Below are positions 53,193 to 64,000 of a stretch of 64,000 nucleotides of DNA, piece by piece. Both the position numbers and the translations under genes were made by a program. Every line of letters starts with the position of its first letter. Position 1 is the stretch's first letter. The notes under the pieces are model-generated. The model searched no databases. It had not been told where the DNA came from and saw nothing but the letters and a program-made list of their open reading frames with translations. Source of the stretch: Phoronis australis (Eukaryota; Animalia; Phoronida); NCBI GenBank assembly GCA_002633005.1, contig NMRA01000248.1, positions 186,001 through 250,000 of the forward strand. The letters run 5' to 3'.

Positions 53193-54241
53193 ATGAAGTT
53201 TAACCAAAACGTTCTCGCGTTGCTTTGCGTTTTACTGGTTAGCCATGTCGCCGCGAATTGTCGCAAACGGAGAGAGTTGGACGCACTGAATCTTCGAAAG
53301 CTACTCGGAAGCGAAGTCGTCAGCATGCAGCGAGTTAGACGGCCACTTGGTAATAATAGAGAGAGCTATGGACCCATTTCACACTCTGGCGTAGTGGTTC
53401 AGACAAGCCAACCGGTTGGTGGCACAGACAGATGGCTTGTGCACAAAGGTGAGTCCCACGAAAAGACGGAAATGACTTGTGCGATACTTTTCATATCAAT
53501 TTTGAAGAAAATTAATTGTTAATTCATTATTTCGAACTTTGTAACCTTACAAACAGTAATCAATGGCAGTTTTAGGTAATTGCGATAAGGGACATTACTT
53601 CTAACACGATTGCCAACATATTTGGGCGTCTGACTAATGCGCGCATGTAGACTGAACTCGCATGATGTAGGGCCTACGTCCTTTTTGGAAACCAGAACTA
53701 ACTCTACCAGCACAAGTCCTTTTCAAAGCAGCATATTTCCATTAAAGTATGTTTTATTTGCTGTTTAAAGAAGACACGAAATTGCCAATGGGTTATTACT
53801 TTATAATTTTGTTAGCAAACATAGCCTACTGAGACGGGCACTGCGACACACAGCTAGACAAACAGGCAAGCATTAGGCAGATAAACTATAGATGAAACGG
53901 AGGCGAACACTTGGCCTTTTTGAGGGATTATCGGTAGCACGTGTATTTGAACTACAGTATGCATTTAAAATGTTTTAGGAAAAGATTTCGGTAACCATGG
54001 ACAGACAGTCGTCACCAGAGCTGACGGTATGAGCAGTCGATGGAGCAACGAGGGAACGCCACAGTCCGGGGGAGGAAGGAGTGTTTCCGATCTTGTCAGA
54101 AGTGGGGGTCGACGTTACGACGTTGTGTTCAACAACTGTCACCACGCTGCCACGCGAATGATGTCAAGTGGCCGTTCAAGACTGCGCGACTTTGGCAGGC
54201 GAGTTAGGACAAGAGTCCGAAATTGGTTTGGACGAAATTAG
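53193..54241 (+). CDS. Secreted circularly permuted NlpC/P60 (LRAT/PPPDE-like) papain-fold protein with an Arg-rich C-terminus (~172 aa)
   Basis: Exons 53193-53448 (G|GTGAGT) and 53979-54241 join in phase 1. The protein has the signal MKFNQNVLALLCVLLVSHVAA, an RKRR site, and the motifs SHSGVVV, WLVHKG and YDVVFNNCHH in His-His-Cys order. AATAAA occurs at 54313 and 54319. Confidence 0.8.
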
Positions 54242-55571
54242 TGATTCGGCTGCAATTCAATCAAGGACTGGTAAAGGATTTTACTGAATGTGCACATATA
54301 ACATCATTTAAGAATAAAAATAAACGGCTGTCGCCCAAAGTCGTTAAAGAATGTCACAGGAGTTTTTATCAATCTATTTGCTTAGCGGAACTTCCTAAGA
54401 AGTGCAATTATAGCCGCGTTTAAAGAAAAGGAGAGGGGGAGGTGAGAGGTAGGGAGAACATTTATTCAGCCGAGGGCCACAATACAAGCACAGTTTGCAG
54501 CACTGTGATTCTGTAGGTAGCCCCCTTGGTAGTTACAAAACCGCCAAAGTCAGATACTATTTCCATTTATTTGCTGGTGCCTATGTAATTATGTGGCTGA
54601 AGCTTTATTCAGCCATTGTCAAGTGAGAGCTTTAAGACCAAATTTTAAATTTCAATTCGCTCTTCATGGAACATATTCCAGATAACCAATGTCCCGATCC
54701 CCTATATGCATTACTACACCTATTTTGTGCTGGTTTCATTAGCAGAGATTGCAGCCAAGTTATTCTCTTAATCTATACATTTAAAGCCGCATGTTGCCCT
54801 CTTAACAGGCTAAAAACGGAACTCGAAATATACCTTTTACTCTCTTGAAATCGGTCTAGCAATACTCCGTACTCTGATTGTCATTCATTTATCAACAAGA
54901 ACATCTAAACAATCAGTGACTCACGAAAACGCCTCAGAGTTTATTGGGTTTATCAAACTCAAAATTTTCGGACTCGGAAATAATTCATGATTGTTTTTAA
55001 AGAACAAAGCGCTTCGGTTAAGAATTCAACATTGACAGCTAAACAGGAGCGAAATACAGGATTACGAATTTTCTCAAACTTGAGGCTTAGCTTGCGAACA
55101 GATGAGTTTTCTGTGTATACGTTAGTGACCCAGCTTATCTTAAGTCAGGGTGGTTTTGGTCGCGTTGCTGGGCGTTATTTTACACGAGTGACATATGTGA
55201 TGATCAAGTAAGTTCCGGCACAGTTTGCCAAAAAGCCGTAAAAAGTATTGTATTACGAAATTCACTAATATACAAACATGCCAATTTTAATTTTCATTAC
55301 AATTAAGGGGTTACGTAATTTTCAAAATGCTGATTTTACTTTGTGTTATGGTGTGATACTAAACAAGTTAAGATAGATAAACAGAAGTGTACAAATTAGG
55401 TGAGGCTAATTAGCAGTAAAAAGGCAAGTTATTATTTGTTAAATAGGAAAGTCTCGTTTTACATGTAGATTGTTAACACAAACTAAACTTCTCTCACAAC
55501 CCAGACAACACAGCACAATCACCATCTAGTGAAATGTAATGGGCAATAACGATCGTGCAATTCGCACGCTG

Positions 55572-55650
55572 TTGAGAAGGTCTATTGAGCATTTTATGTG
55601 ACACTGTTTGAGAAGGTCTATTGAGCATTTTATGTGACACTGTTTGAGAA
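55572..55650. repeat. Perfect 36 bp tandem duplication
   Basis: ttgagaaggtctattgagcattttatgtgacactgt x2 followed by ttgagaa. Confidence 0.9.
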
Positions 55651-57449
55651 AAATGATCCAAAGCTAAGTCGACGACACCCAGATAGTTTCGTATTTCAAA
55701 GGAAACACGAGGGTATCAAATAAAGCACCCAACATTTAACGGTATAACTTTTTGTAGAAGCCAAAATGTTAAAATTTGAGGTACACATACCCCAGAAAAA
55801 ATAACTACACAAAGGAAAGAAAATCAGTGTAAACCGGAATGTCTGGCTAAAGCTATCAAACTATAAAACTGATTTCGTGTAACGAAATAAATTTGTTTTC
55901 AAAAGTATTTCAATGATTAGTTTAATAACACGAAGTGGCATTTTTGTCAGAGGGGCCTCTGTTTATCCGAAGAATGGTGTGATTCGGTGATTGCACTTCC
56001 ATTTACAGTATGTAACGACCAAAAGTTTTTTTAAATCAACCATAAATTAAAACACAACATTGTAACTGAATGAGCGAGATTTTGTTCAAATACCGTGAAC
56101 ATTTTTCAAATATCACTAATGAACAGATCCAGCGGACCCTTAATGCGTTCGACACACGTTTCAAATTAGTGTGTCTGCACTAAGTCAATAAATGGAAAAG
56201 TCACCTTGCAGTAATACAGAAAATGAAAACATCCAGGGGGGCGTGAGAACGTGGGCAGCTGAACCACAAGCTACGGTTGTTTTATCAAAAGAAAACTGGG
56301 ACACATGGCACCACCGAGTGAGCCGGTCACCTACTTTTACCCACATGGAGTTATTAATAATCTACTGATTGCTAAGGAGAGTCACGTGGTCTTGTCATTC
56401 CGCGGGGGGCGTCATCAACTCTTTTCACTCGATATCGAACTCGAAACGTTTTTCTTAACATGGGTTTCTACCTTGGTACGAACTTAAGACAAGTGAAAAT
56501 TATTTTACGCTTGAGTATATTATGGATTATTTTAATCGTATTTTGACCCTAGCTTAGCTATAAGTTCGAATCTGTTCGAGTTACTCCGGATTTCGAATCA
56601 AGGGGCCATCAACGGCAAATTTGTGCTACGCAGTAGTTTTGGTAGTCATTCTCAAGTAGAGAGTAACATATGATTATTCTGAGTTTGTACTAAAAGAAAA
56701 CGGAACATACCAAATATATTTTCGAGTTCGACTTCGAGTAAAAAGATCCAGGGCAAAGAACTGTGCTTTGGAAAGAAAGACGCGAGACACTGTTCTTCCA
56801 AACGCAAGCAGGGGGGGTCCAGGATTTTGAGTTAGGCGGGGGGCCAGGCCAGAGCATTAGCCAGGATTTTACGCGTCAGACATTCGCACTTCCGAACTGC
56901 CAAAGGGAACCTGGAAGAACTTTATGGGGGCCATGGACCCCTTGGCAAGATACTCACGAGACAATCTTCGCTGATAGAACAGAAACCATAAAATTTCCCT
57001 CATAATTGCACATTCCAGTATTGCGGACCGATTATATGAAATGGTAGCCATTTGTGGGTCTACTCGCAAGCGCTTTATTTCGTGATTTTGTGTGGTTTTC
57101 CATGACCTATCCAAATTAGCAAGAAACTCGGCGCGCTACATAACATATTGCTGAAGACAGAGCCCCCCCCCCTTTTTTAATGGTCACCCCTATTCAATGG
57201 ACTGATGAACCCTGGGGTTGAGTTAAGTAGAAAAATCTATCCAAAATCACGTGGTAATTCTTGCCTTTCGGCGAGGTCCTGGCGTTACTGAACTCAACCT
57301 TGCGCTACATGTATACGGTGCTGCCACCTATGCTGCAACAAGGCTTTACGTCAGTCATCACTATTGACATCTGCTCGACGTGCATGTTCACTAATCACAA
57401 CAGGCGCCTGACTCTCACCCTGAAGATGCTCTTCTCGTTTCAATTTAGA

Positions 57450-57570
57450 GGAGGCAGTGTGGCCTGGTTGATAAGTGCCCGCTTTCTTTACTCGAGGTCG
57501 TGGGTTCAAGTCCCACCAGGTCACACTGCTAAACCCTTGAGCCAGGTTTCTAGCTCCTCAGCTCGGTTTA
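57450..57570 (+). mobile_element. tRNA-derived SINE-like fragment
   Basis: A-box-like TGGCCTGGTTG (57460) and B-box GGTTCAAGTCC (57503), followed by cccttgagccagg, which resembles SINE central domains. No intact cloverleaf is present. Confidence 0.55.
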
Positions 57571-58967
57571 TACCTTATATTAATAAAGCATAAACATAGT
57601 TCCAGGTGATCAGTGCAATTGGCCCACGTCTGGTACAGCGTGTATCAGACCGCCTGCAATTGTTTATTTTTTGTTCAATTTAGTCGATAATTCAATAAAA
57701 ACGAATATCAACGCAAAATAGTTTAGTTCAAACGTGTTCCACCTCATGCTCTTTCAACCTGACATCAGTTTTTGGAATGTAAACAGAATTCCATTTTCTA
57801 TTCGTGTGGTTCACCAACAAAATGAAGGCCATGTCTTAACACTATTTTGCAAAAAGAGAGACACCGGGCAGTAAAAGGTATATACATGGCTGTAATTAGT
57901 GGTAAATTTATGTTCTATGTGTTAATCTGGTGAAAATAAAAGTAAATGTCTTTAATTGCACTGGTCCGTGGTGGGCGTAAAACTGCTTTTAGGATATAAC
58001 GAGCCGTAGCTGTGAACAACATCAATTCTTTATTAATTTCTGGAAAATAAAGCATTTTCATATACTAAAAATTATGTCTGAAAGAACAAAAACCGGGTTC
58101 TAAAATGATGTTGCGTACCTGTCAGCAGTTATCATTGTTGTCTGCCGGTGGGCCACATTTTTTAACCAAACTTAATTTTTGAAATATACATTCACGAAAA
58201 GCAATCGGCAGGGAGACTTCATTGGCGTCATTTTAAGTAAAGTTTTAATGTAGGACCATAGAAAAATGTATTTATATCAGATATAATGCTGTATGGACTG
58301 ATCCCCAAAATGCTGTTAGAACTTTTGCATGAAAGGGTATCAAAAGTAGGATTATGATGACTTTAAAGTTGCATACAGCGAAAACGAAATATTTTAGAAA
58401 CAGTAACGGCGTTAACGTTTTAAATCCCTCATCTTGACCATGTATATCAAATGAAGTTTGGTCACGTTATTAATACCGTTGGTTTCCAATCAGCGTACCT
58501 TTCTGCTGATTTTTACTAAAACTCCATGGTCACGTGACCCAATTAATAAGACATTGGTAAAAAGTCAAAGATCAAACTCTCCACATTAACAAACTATATA
58601 TGTTTATTGAGTTAAGTAATGTAGATATTTGCTCAATACGCAACTTGTCAATATGGTCAAACATGTACATTTTTCATTACTTGCAGAGTTCGGGTTATTG
58701 AATAAACTTACAAAAATAAGATACTTCAGTAACACGGTTTAGGTTAGCTTAAAATTCAAAGGAAGTATGGGGAACTAACCTTGATAAGGACATTTCACAT
58801 GGAACGAGGGTAGGCAGAGTCGTTTTTAGCATCTAAATTTGTGCAATGTTACTTTAAAAACACAAGCGGGTTAGAAACGGTGCCCTGTGTGATTCCAGTA
58901 GTTGTTGTTATCATTGTATGAAGATAATGATGAATCGTCGTGACCTATGACGTTTTTTGTGACACCC

Positions 58968-58974
58968 TATATAA
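58968..58974 (+). promoter_or_regulatory. TATA box of the FN2 gene
   Basis: TATATAA lies ~28 bp before an Inr-like tcagat and 56 bp before the accATGG at 59024. Confidence 0.5.
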
Positions 58975-59023
58975 TGCTAAATGTCACCCGAAAATTCAGA
59001 TTCCATCGTCACCCTCGGTTACC

Positions 59024-59329
59024 ATGGTGCTGCTTTATTTCCTAGTCACTGTTGCCTTCACTGCAGGTTTGGTGATGTTTTCTGTTGTAGGTTTATAGGC
59101 GTTCGGTAAAATTGATTTCAAAAAGATTTAATGTCAAGGTTCACTATATATCGTAGTGAGCATTTCTGAATATTTTGCTGGTCAACGAGACATTTTTGAT
59201 GATTTTAATTCAAAATATAGGCGACTTACCATCCTGGTTGGCCTTGCAACTTGCTGGAAACATTCGAGAATTTCATCTAAGAATTAAACTTGGATGTTGC
59301 GTATAAAAAATACATCGGCGTCATCAATG

Positions 59330-59412
<83 letters not shown>

Positions 59413-62400
59413 GTGTTATTACACTGTATTTCAATAGCTATTGGCATTATCATCATCATTGGCATCGTCATCGTCATCGTCATCATCATCTTCATCATCA
59501 TCACCACTTTTCATTATTATCAAATTTAATTCTTTCGCAACCGTAGGCAAAGTTCCAAACAGTGTCATGTACTAGGCATAATATGTGGCCAGACAAGTTT
59601 GGGAAGTTGTTTATTTTCGGCCCATTTGGTGACTTTCAAATTTGCAGTTGAAGGAGATCAGACGTACGGCGGGAACGGGGCTNAAATCACGACCACCAGG
59701 TACTGAAAGAATCAACAAAAAAAGTACAGGTTTCATTTTTTATAAACCAACCTCTAACTAAAATGGTTACCGTATTCGCCGTAATAACCGCCAGGGCGCT
59801 TAGAAAAGATTGTTTCGGGGGGGGGGGGGCGCTTATTGTAACCCAAGGCCGTTGAAACCCGGCATTTTCTCAGTCGTTATCCCCCTTATCTAGAACCCTC
59901 GTGGATTTTGGAGAATTATCACCCTCGGGGCTGACGCCCCTCGGGCGATAATTCTCCAAAATCCACTTGGGCTCTAGATAACGGGGGATAACGACTTCGC
60001 CATGGAATAATCTATATGTACGTAATTTTTTGATATTACATGGGCGAATCACAAAGTAGTGCAAAGTAGATATCTATACGCCTTACATTTTATCGTCTGC
60101 AAAACACTATATACATGTATGTACAACCAAACGCGCGCGAACTCAACAATGCATGAATTTTGAGAAGATGACAAGGTTATGATTGACAAATCGGGTGTCG
60201 CAACTGTACGTACTCTCAGTCGGAAGGACATGCAAACAACTTTTTAAACGGACCCGTCTTCGGCGGCGAATTCCATATCCACGTTAATTCAAACGGAGAC
60301 GAGCCCCAACTCGAGAAACGCGGCGAGATTGTCAAGGTCAAATCTGTGCTCACGCGCGGGAAAGCCTTGCTGACTATTGCTTCTGGATATTTTTAAGCTT
60401 TAATATTTTAACTTTAAAGACTATTTATTAGATTGTAACTTGCATATTTGCTGCGGAAGCTGAATGCATTTTACATTTGTTAAACCTATTATCAAAACGT
60501 AGCTGAATTACTTTATATTGCGCAAGCGTGTTTTTACAAAAGTTGAGTCGTGTGGTTGAAAGTTTTAGACACGTCGAGTTTTTCAGCTAAAAAGATCATT
60601 TTTACGGTTCATGTGAGAAAACAAATCTGTTTATGCAAGTGGGTCCAGAAGAAGTATTAAAACACGTCAAATTCGTCCAGGAATTTGTGATCCAAACGAA
60701 TCTTTCTTGTCTAAATTCGTGACTTAACATTTAAGGAGGAAAATCTGAATGGAAACCTTTGGACGCAACATTCGGTGGAAACGGAGGAAATAAGTCCTGC
60801 GTCTTTCCATTCAACTATGGAGGCGTTGATTGGACCACCTGCATAACTGACACACACGACAAACCTTGGTGTTCAGTGACGTCTGATTATGACGTCGATG
60901 GACTGTGGGGAAATTGTATGTATCCAAGTAAGTACAAAGGCATAATGAATTTCTAAAGACATGTTTACACATTCCAATTTTTGTCGATTTCGTGTGCGAC
61001 TCTTTAAACACTGGCTACACACTCCGATTTTGGTGTAGAGCTTTACGAGCAAATTTTTAGTTCTAAATAGTCGCCTCGGAACTCCTGGGAGTACTTTGAA
61101 TGTGGTGGCCAATACAGGACATGTAGGTCAGATGGGGGAGTTTTTCACCACCAGTTTCCTTACATAAAGTGCATTTTCAATACCTTGGGAATTCGAAATC
61201 CTACAAAATTCCCTTTTCCAACCACAAAATTCAACACGTTAATGTTTTTGTATTATATTGATTTTTTAAATAAGATTACAGAACATGTACTTACTTTTTG
61301 ACACCATGCAGGTTTATCTTCTTGTACTACTTCAATGTTGTTAGATTAAAGACGAGTGTTGAAGAAGCTTTACAAAAGATTATGGGATTAATCCTGTAAA
61401 AGAGGGTGATTCCAGAAACATTTTCAATAATACTTCCTTTATCAACCGCATTCTTTAAGTAGTTTGCTATTCTAATGTTCTAACTGAAGCCAACCACGTC
61501 AAAAATATAGTCAAGTACGCACTCCCTCCCGGGTCGGAGTACTTGTTTACATACCCCGATTAGTCGTTTAGGACAGTCGAATATGATCAATCCATTGGTT
61601 TTGGAGTGCGTAAACAGTCAAAAACGTAGTTCATATTTTCGAAAATAAAATGGCGTTATGTTTTCGCATGTGGATGATTGGATGCAGGTCGTCACTGACT
61701 TTCAGTGCAATGACTGAAGACTAGCTCAAGTCATTAAGTTGGTCTTTATTAATCTCCACCTTATGAGCACTCGTCTACTAGCTGGAACAAAACGTATGAA
61801 GTCATGTCTGTTCCATGCTACAGTCATTTCTGCAATTCTTTGACTTGTGACGAACTTCGAAGTCACTTCCAACAAATGTTAGACTCGTTGATTCGATAAC
61901 CTGTTGTCTCTTAAGCTGCTTCTCTTTTCACTAAAGCTGTAACTGTTTATAATGTAACAGCGGACTTTAGATCTGTGACTCTTGTAACTTTGCAACTGAC
62001 ACTCACTAACTCGTACCTGAGTATTTATAATCTCTTACGTGTACAATGTTTACTAATTCAAGCAATTCTAGAAGTTTTCGGAATTAACCCAGTCATTCTA
62101 TAAACATGAACTGCACTCGTGAATGTCCCAGACTATGATTCATATCAATCGCAGGAACCTACTGCGATGTTCTCAAGTATTATATTGTAAACAAATTCCC
62201 GGTATTATAATCAATGGCCTGGTCTCGTAGGACATATCAACGAGGGTCATTCTACTCCTGACAAGTAGTTACGACGGGAGCAACTCAAGAGTGGGCTGTG
62301 TGTGGCATAAATACACCTTGGAGGGCTTTTCATTATATTATAGACCCACAATCCCCTTGTTTTGCGTTGGTGTAGTATCGTCATAACAATACACAGCATC

Positions 62401-62672
62401 TCTTCTGCTCTTGTTTGACTTCACTTGCATATATCGTGTCATTAAATTGGTTTTCCTTTTCAGAAACCAGTAACATTGTGACCGTAGGCGGAAATTCCAA
62501 CGGTAAAACGTGTTTCTTCCCCTTTATATACAACGGCAAGCTTTATGAAGAGTGCACCACAGCCGACCACCACTCGCTCTGGTGTGCAACTACTCCAGAC
62601 TATGACTTACATTATTTATGGGGAAGTTGCCCGGCAGTACCTCCAACACCGCCAGTACCAGAAGGCTACTAA
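59024..62672 (+). CDS. Small secreted protein with two fibronectin type II domains (~147 aa)
   Basis: Exons 59024-59066 (signal MVLLYFLVTVAFTA), 60736-60927 and 62464-62672 are joined by phase-1 introns. FN2 motifs are GGN...CVFPFNYGG...C...PWCSVTSDYDVDGLWGNC and GGNS...CFFPFIYNGK.YEECT...WCATTPDYD..LWGSC. Confidence 0.85.
59332..59503. repeat. (TTA)27 microsatellite followed by a degenerate (CAT)n
   Basis: Direct reading of 59332-59412 and ~59446-59503. Confidence 0.95.
59872..59996. repeat. 125 bp near-perfect palindrome (foldback element) in FN2 gene intron 1
   Basis: agtcgttatccccc...ttggagaattatcaccctcgggg / cccctcgggcgataattctccaaaatccac...gggggataacgact. Confidence 0.85.
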
Positions 62673-62954
62673 ATAACATAATGTGTTGTACACTATTAAG
62701 TACAATAAGACTATTGGTACTCAGTGTGTTTTGTTAATTACTGTTTATCGCCGATATGTCTCACCAGGCAGTCGTTCACAAAACTGAGCATCCTGAAAAA
62801 CTTTTACGAATTGTCTTGGCGACCATACATCCGTTTTTTGTCAACTCACCGCTTTTTAAAACCTTCTGTGGTCGTTCTATCCACTATCAAGCAAAAACCA
62901 ACAACAACTATCAGTGGCAAGATCTTCACGTTGTCTTGCAGTCAAGGCAACAGG

Positions 62955-63192
62955 CATACATACATACATACATACATGCATCCACACAGACATATATGTA
63001 TTTATGTTTTTATGTATGTATGTATTTATGTATGTATGTATGTATGTATGTATTTATGTATGTATGTATGTATGTATTTATGTATGTATGTATGTATGTA
63101 TGTATGTATTTATGTATGTTTGTGTGTGCGTGTGTGCGCATGTGTGTGTGCGCGTGTGTGTGTGTGTGTACGTATGTATGTGTGTATGTATG
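62955..63192. repeat. Compound (CATA)n/(TATG)n/(TG)n microsatellite
   Basis: Direct reading. It explains the MYVCMYV and HTYIHT ORFs. Confidence 0.95.
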
Positions 63193-64000
63193 CATGTTAG
63201 GCGGTATAGATATGCATGCTGGGCGGCAAGAGTTATGCCGCTTAGGCTGTATCGAGATACCAGTTAACGTCATATATACACAGTGGCAAATCTTCAATTC
63301 GTGAACACGACTGTTCTGCTTGCTAAGAACTGTCACGTAATTCAACCATTAAAGTTCACATCCCGATTTTGGAGGTGCTTTGAAAAGTGCCATCTTACTG
63401 TGTCTGAATTGTACGTTCGCTTGCCCCCGTAAAACGAAAATTCTACATACATCTTTTTGGCGCTGTGAGAGCATAAGATCGACTTTGTGCCAGCAACCAC
63501 GAGATTGGGGCTCTGGCTATCATCTGCTATGCTGGCACTCAACCGTTTTGGCTAGTTTTTGGAAATGAACCACCAGGCCTAGGCAACTCCACCCTTCTGC
63601 TGCACAGGGTGCACAAAACTGGAAGATGTTTAATAACATACTAGACCAAAACCTTCAGAAACCGTTCACAAAGCCCAATGAAACTTGAGGTTATTTTTTT
63701 CGCAAGGGCAGCCGGGATACTTAGAGACATTATCGGTTTACAACCAATATATTTTTGGGAATTGGTAAATGGGATGAACTCTTTGAAGTTTATGACAGCA
63801 TCGACCAGAGCTACAAAATAATAAAATCAGTTTTTGTTTTATTATAAATCACCAATTTTTACTGCTGTATGACATTCGCTGAACTCGATGCCGGCGACTT
63901 TAATTACCGATAAATAAGCATTTATCCGTCAACCAGCAGAGCGTTGGCTTCGACGCAAGAGTTTCGGGTTCTCTCATGGGCGGCGCAGCGCTGAAATATG

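Noticed and set aside
55572-55650. 36 bp direct repeat of CRISPR-like length
   Set aside because: The units are contiguous with no spacers, and the context is eukaryotic.
57200-57230. CTGATGA followed by a short hairpin, hammerhead-like (similar cores at ~16966 and ~29630)
   Set aside because: There is no GAAA after stem II and no closing stems.
57450-57525. Possible tRNA gene
   Set aside because: A and B boxes are present, but the acceptor and anticodon stems do not pair. It is treated as a SINE head.
59277-59529. Poly-Asn and poly-Leu ORFs
   Set aside because: They are translations of the (TTA)n and (CAT)n microsatellites inside an intron.
62724-63345. Four overlapping 111-182 aa ORFs
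   Set aside because: The frames are stop-free only because of the (TATG)n/(TG)n microsatellite.

Overview
This is AT-rich, intron-containing animal genomic DNA, most likely from a marine invertebrate (an inference from gene content; the species cannot be determined here). Most ORFs in the supplied track are spurious. Manual GT-AG splicing gives five well-supported multi-exon genes and one partial gene, all on the + strand. They encode: (1) a Cys-rich GCC2/3-like plus three-PAN/Apple protein whose first exon was not found, (2) a secreted four-EF-hand protein, (3) a signal-peptide exon of a probable small peptide precursor, (4) a secreted 7-exon non-animal-type (plant/APX-like) haem peroxidase, (5) a secreted circularly permuted NlpC/P60 (LRAT/PPPDE-like) protein with an Arg-rich tail, and (6) a small secreted two-FN2-domain protein. 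Five have a visible signal peptide and gene 1 consists of extracellular modules. Between and within the genes are two 5'-truncated Penelope-like retroelements with inverted tails and minimal hammerhead-like motifs, three TTAA-flanked Kolobok-type elements (one carrying a P2X7-C-terminus-like coding remnant), several MITEs, a tRNA-derived SINE-like copy, microsatellites and one assembly gap. No rRNA, intact tRNA or CRISPR array was seen. All domain calls come from motif recognition by eye and were not confirmed by database search.
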